From Botryllus schlosseri (lineage: Eukaryota), in the NCBI GenBank assembly GCA_051294905.1, contig CM119373.1:2978001-3042000 (forward strand): 64,000 bases of DNA. Reading direction: 5' to 3'. Position numbers and translations under genes: made by a program. Positions 23,870-36,189 of this stretch are shown here, one piece after another. Position 1 is the first letter of the stretch; each line of letters opens with the position of its first letter. Under the pieces are notes generated by a model. It saw only the letters and a list, made by a program, of their open reading frames with translations, was not told the origin of the DNA and did not search any database.

Positions 23870-24735
23870 ATATCATTTTCACTTGGTGATCTATCCTTTC
23901 CTAGAGTAACAAACCCTTGTCGTTTACAAATCTATTTTTTCCTACAGCAAAAAACTATTTTCACTTGGAAAAATACTTTTACCTAGAGTAACTAATCATT
24001 TTCTTTTGGAAATATATTTTCTCCCTGGGTAACAAACCCTTTTCGTTTGAAAAAATATCATTTACCTGAGTACCAATACCGTTTTCACTCGGAAATCTAT
24101 TTTTTCCCTGGGTAACAAACCTTTTTCACTTGGAAATATATTTTTTCCCTGGGTAACAAACCTTTTTCACTTGGAAATATATTTTTTCCCTGAGCAACAA
24201 ACCTTTTTCACTTGGAAATATATTTTTCCCCTCGGCAACAAACCATTTTCACTGAGCAACAAACCATTTTCACTTGGCGGGTCGTCGTTTACCTAACTAA
24301 AATACCATTGTCCTTTGGAGATTTATCGTTTACCCAGTGTAACAAACCCCTTTTCACTCGGAAATCTATTTTTGCCCTGGATAACAAACCCCTTTTCACT
24401 TGGAAATCTATTTTTTCCCAGAGTAAGAAACCTTTTTCACTTGGAATTCTATTTTTACCCTGGATAACACACCTTTTTCACTTGGAAATATACTTTTTCT
24501 CTGGGTAACAAACCTTTTTCACTTGGAAATATATTTTTTCCCTGAGCAACAAACCATTTCACTCGGCGGGTCGTCGTTTACCTGAGTAAAAATATCATTT
24601 TCCTTTGGAGATCTGGCGTTTACCCATTGTAACAATACATTTCACTTGGAAATCTGTCGTTTACCTGAGTACCAATACCGTTTTCACTTGGAAATCTATC
24701 TCTTCCCTGGGTAACAATACCATTTTCGTTTTGAA
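23870..24735 (+). repeat. ~41-bp minisatellite in the left arm
   Basis: Unit CTTTTTCACTTGGAAATATATTTTTTCCCTGGGTAACAAAC, e.g. starts at 24121 and 24162. Confidence 0.9.
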
Positions 24736-26112
24736 AACTGACAACCACACCGGTCAATTTGATATTTTTTGTATATTGTTACAACAGCCAGCGACAAAAT
24801 ATACACCAACAACGACTCCGATACATTTGTCTAATCAAATATTCACTTGCTCTGATGCATCCCATCAAAATCATTGGTTACTCACATACAATAACAATGT
24901 GCTGTTGTACATCGACATGTATGTTTTCGGAATTGGTGAATAAAGGGGTTTCCGATATGTCCGTGATGTCCGGGTTCGTGCTTTGGATTTTCCAGAGTCA
25001 AAATGTCTGAATAAAACACCTCCTCGACTTTGGTAACTGGTTGATACACGGATAATGGTGTTCGGAAAACGGATGAATTTATGTTCCCCATCGCGCTGAC
25101 AACATCGGGTTACTTGTGAGTTTCCTCGGGTCTGTTTACTATATTGTGTCTTTACTGGTCAATACATGTCGCTCCAGTCAGCTGAAACCGGATCACTAAT
25201 ATGAGAAAGTGTGGGGCCGGATCCGGATATTCACTCATGACCCAACGACCGATATTCAAGTAAACATGTTACAGACCGTGTTTTGTCTCCATGAAAAATA
25301 CCTATGCATACACCATCACATCAAGTACGTCACGATTGTTCACAAGTATTTGCGTAAACGAGGTGTATATACAATGTGTCGATGCACAAACATCATGGGA
25401 CACAAATTCACGTTCTCAAGTCTCATCATGCGACGACTCTGTACATTCAATGTGGGCATAGATGACTTGGGGACAGGCAAGCAGCCATATTTGGACGTAA
25501 CATGGTCTTAGTATGAACCAACCTCCACCCAACTTGTGAAATATCAATCTCACACAAGTATAACCCTTTCACGGGTTCACACCTTGATTTTGCAAGATTG
25601 TTCGGATTCTCAGGTAGACTTGCATCGTGATCAAGACTCGACATAATCGTGTTGCGTAACTCGCTCAATCCCTGCGCATTGTTGGTCATAACCTGCTAAC
25701 TTTTTCGCCGAGACCGCAGTGTTTCACCCGACATAATGTATTTGGCGATCACCATCGTTATCAATCTTTCACGCGATGAATATGTTAGATGTCGCTACTC
25801 CCACACAACGACTCCAGCTAAACATCGTGAGCAGTGACTCCGCATTGAAATCGTAAACATGGACTCTGTGTGTGTGTGAATCTCGAGTTCGATTACGATT
25901 TGATAATGTAATCCAAGGTGAATCTCTGCGGGTCGAAGACTGATTTCGTGTTAATCACGCCACAAGAGGGTGCTGTCTCGTAATTCTACAGGTCAACATA
26001 AACCGCGGTTGGAAACTTTTGGTCTAGTTGATCCAGCTGCGTATTGAAACGGTGTACCCACGCAGACCACTGAGAAAACGTTGTCGTTACCTGACTATAT
26101 CCACGAGTAATT

Positions 26113-26388
26113 ATGGGACTACGCGTAACGTTCCATAGATTCCTCTGGCCCCACACCGTGGTTTTACGACACAGACAAGATGCAGCGGTGGAAATATTGA
26201 AAATGAAAAACGATACCTTGGTGACATTTGATTTGGATTTTAAACCTGATGAACCATACACTCGATTGGTACATTGGGCTGACAACTCTATCGTCGAGGT
26301 CAAGGGAAAAGAAATCTACAGATTTGTTGGTGTTGTGGATATTCAGCGAAAATCAGGGTATATGGTTGTGTATGGTTCGCATATTTGA
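26113..26388 (+). CDS. Hypothetical 91-aa protein in the unique spacer of the palindrome
   Basis: ATG-started, protein-like composition, beta-rich looking; no family recognised. Confidence 0.3.
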   Translation: MGLRVTFHRFLWPHTVVLRHRQDAAVEILKMKNDTLVTFDLDFKPDEPYTRLVHWADNSIVEVKGKEIYRFVGVVDIQRKSGYMVVYGSHI

Positions 26389-27170
26389 CTGAGAATATAT
26401 CGGTATGCATAATGCACTATCCATTGTATCATGTCGTGTGTCATCTATGCCCACATTGAATGTACAGAGTCGTCGCATGATGAGACTTGAGAACGTGAAT
26501 TTGTGTCCCATGATGTTTGTGCATCGACACATTGTATATACACCTCGTTTACGCAAATACTTGTGAACAATCGTGACGTACTTGATGTGATGGTGTATGC
26601 ATAGGTATTTTTCATGGAGACAAAACACGGTCTGTAACATGTTTACTTGAATATCGGTCGTTGGGTCATGAGTGAATATCCGGATCCGGCCCCACACTTT
26701 CTCATATTAGTGATCCGGTTTCAGCTGACTGGAGCGACATGTATTGACCAGTAAAGACACAATATAGTAAACAGACCCGAGGAAACTCACAAGTAACCCG
26801 ATGTTGTCAGCGCGATGGGGAACATAAATTCATCCGTTTTCCGAACACCATTATCCGTGTATCAACCAGTTACCAAAGTCGAGGAGGTGTTTTATTCAGA
26901 CATTTTGACTCTGGAAAATCCAAAGCACGAACCCGGACATCACGGACATATCGGAAACCCCTTTATTCACCAATTCCGAAAACATACATGTCGATGTACA
27001 ACAGCACATTGTTATTGTATGTGAGTAACCAATGATTTTGATGGGATGCATCAGAGCAAGTGAATATTTGATTAGACAAATGTATCGGAGTCGTTGTTGG
27101 TGTATATTTTGTCGCTGGCTGTTGTAACAATATACAAAAAATATCAAATTGACCGGTGTGGTTGTCAGTT

Positions 27171-28037
27171 TTCAAAACGAAAATGGTATTGTTACCCAGG
27201 GAAGAGATAGATTTCCAAGTGAAAACGGTATTGGTACTCAGGTAAACGACAGATTTCCAAGTGAAATGTATTGTTACAATGGGTAAACGCCAGATCTCCA
27301 AAGGAAAATGATATTTTTACTCAGGTAAACGACGACCCGCCGAGTGAAATGGTTTGTTGCTCAGGGAAAAAATATATTTCCAAGTGAAAAAGGTTTGTTA
27401 CCCAGAGAAAAAGTATATTTCCAAGTGAAAAAGGTGTGTTATCCAGGGTAAAAATAGAATTCCAAGTGAAAAAGGTTTCTTACTCTGGGAAAAAATAGAT
27501 TTCCAAGTGAAAAGGGGTTTGTTATCCAGGGCAAAAATAGATTTCCAAGTGAAAAGGGGTTTGTTACACTGGGTAAACGATAAATCTCCAAAGGACAATG
27601 GTATTTTAGTTAGGTAAACGACGACCCGCCAAGTGAAAATGGTTTGTTGCTCAGTGAAAATGGTTTGTTGCCGAGGGGAAAAATATATTTCCAAGTGAAA
27701 AAGGTTTGTTGCTCAGGGAAAAAATATATTTCCAAGTGAAAAAGGTTTGTTACCCAGGGAAAAAATATATTTCCAAGTGAAAAAGGTTTGTTACCCAGGG
27801 AAAAAATAGATTTCCGAGTGAAAACGGTATTGGTACTCAGGTAAATGATATTTTTTCAAACGAAAAGGGTTTGTTACCCAGGGAGAAAATATATTTCCAA
27901 AAGAAAATGATTAGTTACTCTAGGTAAAAGTATTTTTCCAAGTGAAAATAGTTTTTTGCTGTAGGAAAAAAATAGATTTGTAAACGACAAGGGTTTGTTA
28001 CTCTAGGAAAGGATAGATCACCAAGTGAAAATGATAT
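27171..28037 (-). repeat. ~41-bp minisatellite in the right arm
   Basis: Mirror of 23870-24735. Confidence 0.9.
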
Positions 28038-31000
28038 TGCTACTAGGGTAAGAGGTGTGTGTTCAGTGTCGTTGGTCTTGTTAAACGTAGTTGTCCAGTT
28101 GTACAATATACTTTTCGTGAATCTACAATTAAGAAGGGAGAGAATGGAAACACTATTATGAGTGTCAGAAGGTTGTTGTATGTAGATTTGACAGTAACCC
28201 TATCATTCGCGTATGACAAACACAATCATGACCGCGAATACATGTAACTAACTTGTTCGGTCTCGATCAATGCAAAAGAGATGATTCGTTTTTGAAACCG
28301 TAGCGAAGACCACATGTAAATCTATGCGATAGACTTCTATCTCCTTACATTCAGTCGTGTCGTGTCCATTTTAATACGGGCCCCACATGTATGAAATGCA
28401 CACACCAACACCGTAAACAGAAGTCGATGATTTTGATTAATAAAAATATTTCTTGACTACATCGGAATGTATATGTTGTAGAAAGTAAATACTTTTATGG
28501 TGTTGTGTGTTTAATGAAAGCGATTGGTTACAAGTATGTTTTTGGTGGAATTAAATTTATTTTTCTGTATGTGACAGTTTGTGAGGAAATGAAAATAGAT
28601 TCATGGTTTTAATTGGATTGCGCTGTTTATTGTACGCTTCAACATGGAGACTTGACGCGGAACAACAACTCGATTCACAAAACAATTCGTCACTGGTGTG
28701 CAGAGGGATAGGAACATTTTAATACAGCTCCATGTACTGGTTGTTGTGAGGATAATCATGTGATGACTCAGCGCTTTTCGTTAGCAAAGTAGATTGATCT
28801 GTGTGTAAGATTCGAGAGTCGTTACTAGAAAACGTATGTACTCTGTTGTTGGAGTAGCTGGTTTATTGCTATGACATTGACAGAATCTCGAGAAGTGAGT
28901 ATGCTTTTCTTTCACGAAAGTTTACGTGGCTCCGTTGTAATAAATTTGTGTTAACTAAACTCGGATGGATACTGCAATTGTGCTGGACTTACACGTGGTA
29001 TTCGCATACTGCACACATACAAACTTTTGTGTAAACAACTCTGATGTTTCTGTTAGTACTAGTTCTGTGTTGAACTATTTGGTTCTTGAGACACATGAAC
29101 AACCATTCAGACAATAAAGTTCTTGAGGTAACGAAACAGTTTGTAGAGTCAAACTGACCATTCTTTAGTTTCGTAATGTGAGAATATCAAGTAAAGTTGA
29201 TTACTTTGTGTGATGTAAATATCTTTCGTACTTTTGTAAGAGTTGTGGGGATGATCATTCGTATCCTACAAAGTAACTAGTTGACACTACAAAATATTGA
29301 ATGACCGCTAACACACTGAGTTCATAACCCAAGATAGTGAAAATTGTTTATTGTTAGACTAACATAATTCGTATCCAGCAAAACGATAGACACCAAAGGT
29401 TCGATGGTGTTTAAATCAAGATCGTATTAAGCGAAGTGATGAGTACCTCTAGTAAAAAAATCGAAACGTCCAAAACAAATTTCCTGTGTCTTGGTTATTG
29501 TAAATAACTATTTGGTATGATATTAGTTGGGTGTGTGACAATTCACAAGATGAAGACGAATGATTTGATTTTTATTAAACTAAAAAAGTACTTTTCTTTT
29601 GGTATTGGACCTTGCGTTCTGATATTGATAGATGTATTGAGTAATATGGCTAGTTTATAAAAATCCCGGTAATTTTTTTTGGTACTCTAAGTCGGGTGAT
29701 CAATTATAAAATCGCGGTGATGTTTCTTGTGTGTGCACGTTATCATCAGGTTAATACGACTACATTTTACTGAAGGAATAAAAAAAAAAAACAGGTCTGT
29801 GATATGTGAATACGACCGAGATTGATTAGTATAGTTTACAGTTGTAATGATTGTGTATATGACTGAAATCGTGTCTACTTTACTTTGAGTACGTTGGATA
29901 AGGCAGTAGGTCAATGTGGCAATAACAACATCGTGAAGATTTCTCACAGCCCGATGTCTTGGATTCACTTGTGCGAATTGCTATCATAGACCGAGTATTC
30001 AAATCTCGTCGTATGCACCGAGTAGTGATTACTTTGTGTTATAGATTAGTAACGACTTTTACAGTTGGATAAAAATTATCGGTCATACGAATACCACCAG
30101 GATGAATTAATTCAAGTTTGCGAGTTGTAGTGATATAGTCAAGTAAGTGAAAACTAGGTTTTAAACACTTGTTAATGTTATGAATAATTCTTTTGAGTAT
30201 GGTAAGATGTTGAAATGTCTCTTTGACATACGGAAAGCTGGATCGGGAGTAGAGTTGTAATGTTACATTACTTGTTTCAAATCAATGTGCGTATAATTTC
30301 GAAATGTGAGTGGGTGAAAGTTGGTAGTTATGCTTGTCAATCTATTTCAATTCAGAGTCAAAGTCAAAGTTGAGATATTTCATTTTGGATTATCTTAATT
30401 TACCTTTAGTAGTCAATCCTATTCTAGAGGCGTGATGGTAAATACCCTGATTAGTATGATCAGTTTACAAAATCGCGGTGATGTTTTTTGTCGCATGCGT
30501 GTTATCATCAAGCGAATACGTGATTTCTCTCAAGTCTTACGATTAGGGTTGAGTTTGTGAAATATTATTTAATAATCAGATAACACCAGTCCTCAAAACA
30601 GCGGCTTGAGTTTGTGAAATATTATTTAATAATCATATAACACCAGTCCTCAAAACAGTGGCGGGATTGTGAGAAATAGATAAATTCCCAATCAAACACT
30701 TTTCATACATACGAATCAAGTTTTTTCTCAATCAGGGTGCTGATATTGGTGTTTATTAAAACTTTACTCATATCATAACACCCTTCACCACAGCGCAAGA
30801 GTTGGTATGCATGAAAATAATTTTTATGGCGCACTGATCGAACACTCGAATCTCGGGTTGTGGACCAATTGGTTAATAGGTATTCCGTATTGAATTTGTT
30901 TGTATAACGATAGCCTGCATTATAACACATGGATTCTCTTGCGAGATATTTTTCAGTCTATCACTAGTCAAACATTCAAATCTCGTATACTCAATATACA

Positions 31001-31120
31001 ATTTGTTAATCTCAATGTCACATTACCCGAGCAATAATTGTTGTGTCTTACAGAATATTAACTTATTTCACAGTTGAATAAAAAATCACTGATCGAGTTG
31101 TAAGGTTTCAAACCTTGTTG

Positions 31121-31756
31121 ATGACTCTCACTTTACCAAACGATATGACATCGAACAGCGTCAGCAGTATGCAAGTCGGAGCCGCTTCAAATTTTCACGT
31201 CGGCGTCAAATTCGTCTCATCACCCAAAAGAGGTAGCGTTAGTCAATATATCAAAGGTATATTCATCGACGGTAATAACGAAGAGATATCTTTCACGTGT
31301 TTCAATCGTGAATTGTTCGGGGTCGTTGAGAAAGCATTCTCCAGACGAAAAAAACTCATGGTCAAATCCGGTTGGATCCAAATTGACAAATTTACTGGAA
31401 AACCTGCTGTATTACTGGGACGGGCTTCGTCAGTAACCATACATGGAAAATCGAGACATACGACTGAAGAATACCCATTATTGACCTGTGAATCGGTATA
31501 CGGAAATAAAGATGAATACGTCTCGATCGCCGCTACTTGTGTTTCTCGAGAGGAGAAGATGGTCAATTCTGGTGCCGGAAAGGAGTTGAAATTACACAGT
31601 TTTACATTGAAGGATGATACTGGTGAGGTGGTTTTGGATCAATGGAACAAAGCCTCGCTCGTACCCGGGAAGAAATATCAACTCACTCGTGTTAAAAACT
31701 GTGTCGGTAGCTTGAAAATCGATTCGTCAACTAGACTTGTCGAATTGAAAGAATAG
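31121..31756 (+). CDS. Tandem OB-fold ssDNA-binding protein, RPA-like (right-arm copy)
   Basis: Translation identical to 20153-20788. Confidence 0.75.
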   Translation: MTLTLPNDMTSNSVSSMQVGAASNFHVGVKFVSSPKRGSVSQYIKGIFIDGNNEEISFTCFNRELFGVVEKAFSRRKKLMVKSGWIQIDKFTGKPAVLLGRASSVTIHGKSRHTTEEYPLLTCESVYGNKDEYVSIAATCVSREEKMVNSGAGKELKLHSFTLKDDTGEVVLDQWNKASLVPGKKYQLTRVKNCVGSLKIDSSTRLVELKE

Positions 31757-32581
31757 TTTGCATATTTGTATACCACAATACAATATTTCATTTCGCGTAA
31801 AATGTATGACCTATGTGATTCGACAACTGGGTTAGTGCGGTGTTGTTCTACTGATCGAGGTGTGAAAATTGTGCTATCGCGATGAAGTTGTGACTGTGAA
31901 CAGCAGACTATTCTGTAGGCGCGAAACAGCGGTGTGAATAAGCCGAAAGTATTATTCAGGTAGCAATCAATAGCGAGAAAAGAGAACACGATCGGTCATT
32001 TGACACGACTAAACTACGACATCATATATCATAATTTACGATCAAACTATTTCACACTGACCGGTCTAGTGTAATAATCGATAGTAGCACACAACTGCAC
32101 GGAAACAATTCAGCGCGCAGGTCATTCGAAATATAGGTCGCACTGCTTAATCCTCACAACAAGCCACGTTTCCGTCCGCGCGGTTATTGTTGGTGACTCG
32201 TACATATTCAACACCACGCGAGAGATGTCTGAAAGTGCGACGGGCGAATCGCCGCCACCGCCTATAGCAAAAAAGGCGAGTCACGACCACGAGTTTTCAC
32301 GACGAATCACGACCGCGGCCTTTACCCGAAAAGGCGAATCACGACCGCACCCATAAGAACACATGGCGAATCGCGGCCCCGCCATAAGAGATAAGAGGCG
32401 ATTCGCCACCCCGGGTTTCCAGGCGAATCGCCACCCCGCCATAAGAACCCCTGCCACCCCCAGAGCGATCGACTATACTACTCACGGGTTGGCCACACCT
32501 GATCTCTATGGTTATTATAAAGGTGATTGGTGGTACATAAAAATTCTATTGAAAATCCTTTGAAAGCAATTGTTTTTATGA

Positions 32582-32770
32582 TAGAGAAGTTGGAGTCGAA
32601 GTCTGAGTCGAAGTCAGGGTCATTTTAACAAACTCCGAATCCGACTCCCAGTCGGTATTTTTCCCACGACTCCGACTCGAGCCATTATAGATTTCACGAC
32701 TCCGACTCCGACTCAAACAAGCGAAAATTAGCCAAACTCCGACTCCATCGATTCCGACTCCACAGCCCTT
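32582..32770. mobile_element. Short degenerate hAT-type MITE with GACTCC repeats
   Basis: GGAGTC/GACTCC arrays ending in GACTCCACAGCCCT. Confidence 0.5.
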
Positions 32771-33619
32771 TATGTCGCTATATATATATCCCGTATATAT
32801 GTGATACATAACTGTTACTGACCTGGGAAGTACTTACGCTAATCTTTTAGCCTTCGTGGAACCGTAGATTTTCGCTGATCATTAAAGATAACTCTACCAC
32901 GATAACCATCAAGCACATTATTATAGACGACTGGTGCACGAAATGAACTGTGCATCAACATGTTAAACGGATACAACCATTGAAATAGGATTTTCGCACA
33001 AATCGAAAACACTACGATGAATATTTATTGCTAATCAGTGTGACGTTGTTCCCTTTCAGATTCCAGTTCAGAAATGGGATGCCTCACCTTGGAAAGTGGC
33101 ATCGTATTGTTCGGTTGAAACGCAGCAGTTTGATACCCATTAGTTGCGACATTGCAACTGAACTTCCATATATTGCAGATAAAATTGGCCTTTAAGAATA
33201 AAGGCGTTTCCATTTCGTTTCCAAGATCGGCGTTTTCATTTCCGTTTCGTTTCCGAGATCCCCTACTTTGTCACTGCACATTACGTACAACCAGAACGGT
33301 CACAATTCGAATACTGGTCGAGCCTAATTGCCTACAACCAATGTGAGCCAGGTCTGACGTATCATCAGAAATCATATGTATGAGTTGATTGAGTGTCCTG
33401 GCCTCCAGTGCGCACTTGATACTGACAAAGGAAAGTTCTGGTGTTCCAGGTAACACTGCCTAAGATCCTAAGGGATCAGTGCCAGTTTTCTCGCGATGCG
33501 GTATAGCACGAAAAGATTTGTAGGTGACAATGAACGGAAGACTTGTACAGCTGGACAATAACAGACATACCTATTTGAGGCAAATCGCGTATGAGTACTG
33601 GGTTGTTCTTTGTGGTATC

Positions 33620-34173
33620 CAGTGACGTAGTAGCCACTTAGCCGCTCTGGCTCTGTGCCAGTGGCGGCAGGCTTCAAGGATGAAGCAACAGGAGGCTGCA
33701 CACTGCACACAGCACGGGGCTATGGCCATTAATGGTTGTGCCTGAAATTTTGTCTTACCATTGATGTTTCAATTGCGAGCTGTGAGAGGAGTTTATCAGA
33801 ATGATAAAGCATTTACGTTCTACCGTGAATGATGATCAGCTATAAGCTTTATCGATTCTTTCTATAGAAAGAGACTGTCACGTGACAAAACACGATTTTG
33901 AAGATGCTAATGCTTATTTTGCTTCGGCGAAAGCTCGAAAGGTTCAATTTTGATCCTTCATTTGCCTAATACGTTTGTTCTACATTTTTTTGGGGCCTTA
34001 ACGTTGAGACAGCGAGGCTTCTTCCACAAGCAATATATAAATTCTGAGACGCGGCACATTATTTGTAATTGCTTGAACGTGAAACTATTTAAACATTTGC
34101 TGCAGTCTACCTAGGGCAGCCTTTTCAATTTCAACGAAAGCCAGGGGCGGCATCATAAGCTCCTACGTTACTG
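33620..34173 (+). mobile_element. Deleted hAT element retaining the transposase C-terminus (ZMYM1-like)
   Basis: TIR CAGTGACGTAG / CTACGTTACTG; TSD GTGGTATC/GTGGCATC; degenerate peptides VSIASCERSLS, LRSTVNDD, LSILSIE and FASAKARKVQF* at about 33750-33953. Confidence 0.8.
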
Positions 34174-35326
34174 GTGGCATCAGTGGGGTTTTCCGACTCC
34201 ATGGTTATTAACACCAGGCCGATATTCTTTCTCGTGATTTCGTAGTTTTCAACTGACAGCCGCACTATCCACTTCTAGGCTTTATCAGACACCGCTTACG
34301 CAGATCAAAATACCAGGAGGAGCCTAGATAAACCTGTAGCAGTTGGTAAGGGATTCTGGTGTCGACCTCAGTAACCTATTGGTGTTGCAGCTGTGGACCA
34401 TACCACTACGCTATCTCGTCACGCCACATGTGAGTACAGTGTGTTTATGGTTTACCAACCGTCAGTCCAGAGTTAAGTTGCCCAGGGTGACAGAGAAGCA
34501 ACTTGGCGTGCACGAAGCCGGACTAAAGAAAACAATTCAACGCCAACCTATCGCCATTGTGACAAATATCGACAAGTTAATACAACATTTAATTAGTGGC
34601 CGTAAATTCAAATACATATGCCTTCTAAATTACATTTATATGCATTGAGCAATAACACTTCTGCTGAGTAAGAAACAATAAGTGTCTCTAGGCCGACAGG
34701 GTTAGTTTTAGTGCTGGGAATCAAACATTGGAGCATTTCAACAAAGAAGTGAACTCCGATTTTCATCACCAGTAAATTCAACCGTACTGAAAAGTGTCAT
34801 CACCCAATGTTCATTCTGGCTACGCTTATACCTTTGTAATAAACGTTTTTTGATTTTACACAATTCGTATCGTGATGAATATCATGGTGTGAACACATCG
34901 CACTTCTACGGTAATATGCTTTCGTCACAGCTGAGCACGAGACAAACATTTTCAACCGCTGCTAATATTTGTATCTGATCTGCTTGATAGCGCTCTCTCG
35001 CGAGTTGAGCTGCCGAATTGCTTGCATCTGTTGTTACTTTCGACGAATGAATATGGAGATACCGTGTTATTTACGGTTCTCCCACCGGATTTCATCCATT
35101 GATATATGAAAACAAGGTGCAAATATTATGTAGTGAAACTTAACTTCGAAGAATGTGGCCTATTTGTACAATGAACAGTCTGGTAATTCGTCCCATGCTT
35201 AACGTAACCCGTGTTGTTGGTGTCTGATTCCATAGACTACTCCAAGTCGCTTCTATACACCTTCCTATATTTTCATTGTACCTCATTTCTGTGGTATATT
35301 GAACTGATGAAATTGCTAATTAACCA

Positions 35327-35353
35327 ATGATGATGATGGTGATGATGATGATG
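35327..35353 (+). repeat. (GAT)n microsatellite
   Basis: ATGATGATGATGGTGATGATGATGATG. Confidence 0.8.
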
Positions 35354-36189
35354 TGAAAGCGGCAAGTTTTACAATTTTGCAATTAAGCGGTATACAGTAG
35401 GCTATCTGTGGTGTGGTAATGTTGTTTGTAACGAGATTTAAAGTCTGAACTCTCGGTTCATTCTCATGGGAAATATGAATATTGCGAAGGTTCGGATCGC
35501 GCGTTCACGTTGAGTAACAACGTCATTGATAATGGTCAACTTCGTGTTGCCAGGCGAGCTTCCAACATTGTCGTGTTTAGGTCTGGACACAATGGCCCGT
35601 ATTCAAGAAACCTCACTCAGTGCTCAAACTCACTTTGCGTCAAAATTGCGTAACAATCGGTATTCAGAGAGCGCAACTCAATAATGAGTTTGAGCACGGC
35701 TGGAGTCGGACTTCGCGGTCTGTGGAGCTCGACTTCGAGCTGTTTGGTATTCAGAGACGATGCGCGGTAGCTGGCGAGCTGAGAATTTGGCAGTCGAGTG
35801 CGCGTTTTCCGAGTCAAGCCGGGGGCTGTCTCGAGGCTTTACTCGAACGCTTTGCACTGACTTTTCTGATAGTATGCTGCGGGATGATGGGCTGTGCACA
35901 TATATTAATCGTATTTATGATCTTAATGGTAAACTATACCGGTATAGTACATTGTAAAGTCCACAGAGTTCGATCATTTTCATGTAATATCGGGCTTTAA
36001 TAAGCTGTATAATAGTGTACTGTATATCAATGAAATGGTAGTTGTGAAGTATGGCAGTGATATGGTAGTATTCATACAAGCCATGCTTTTTCGCAGTTTT
36101 CTCGATATGTCTGCCACATGATAATGTTTAGGAAAGCAAACTATAATGTTGGATTGCAACAGAAACATTTTTCCAGTTACAGATATGTC

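Larger units (their letters stand above)
19427..25466 (+). repeat. Left arm of the giant inverted repeat (6040 bp)
   Basis: Reverse complement of 26440-32482; match ends at ...GGGCATAGATGAC. Confidence 0.97.
19427..32482. mobile_element. Non-autonomous Polinton/Maverick-like element with ~6-kb terminal inverted repeats
   Basis: Ends AGTAGTATAG...CTATACTACT; perfect 6-bp TSD CACGGG (19421-19426 and 32483-32488); mirrored ORF track across the arms. Confidence 0.85.
26440..32482 (-). repeat. Right arm of the giant inverted repeat (6043 bp)
   Basis: Reverse complement of 19427-25466; the 3-bp length difference is explained by two homopolymer runs. Confidence 0.97.
18645..32501. mobile_element. 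hAT MITE (~0.8 kb) split near its right end by the 13-kb Polinton-like insertion
   Basis: TIR CAGGGGTGGCCAAC at 18645 pairs with GTTGGCCACACCTG ending at 32501; flanks ATCAATAT/ATCTCTAT match at 6 of 8. Confidence 0.75.

Noticed and set aside
23870..24735. CRISPR array or protein-coding repeat (ORFs at 24212, 24605 and their mirrors)
   Set aside because: Degenerate tandem minisatellite; the ORFs are low-complexity translations with non-ATG starts
19427..32482. Helitron interpretation based on the RPA-like gene
   Set aside because: Helitrons lack long TIRs and TSDs and have TC...CTRR ends; this element has AG...CT ends and a 6-bp TSD, and no Rep/helicase is present
19427..32482. Pure assembly fold-back artefact
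   Set aside because: Symmetry stops exactly at element termini with a TSD, the host MITE resumes afterwards, and the spacer is unique; considered unlikely but still needs read-level confirmation
35620..36000. 126-aa ORF at the Harbinger left end
   Set aside because: Overlaps TIR and subterminal repeats, GTG start, no domain features
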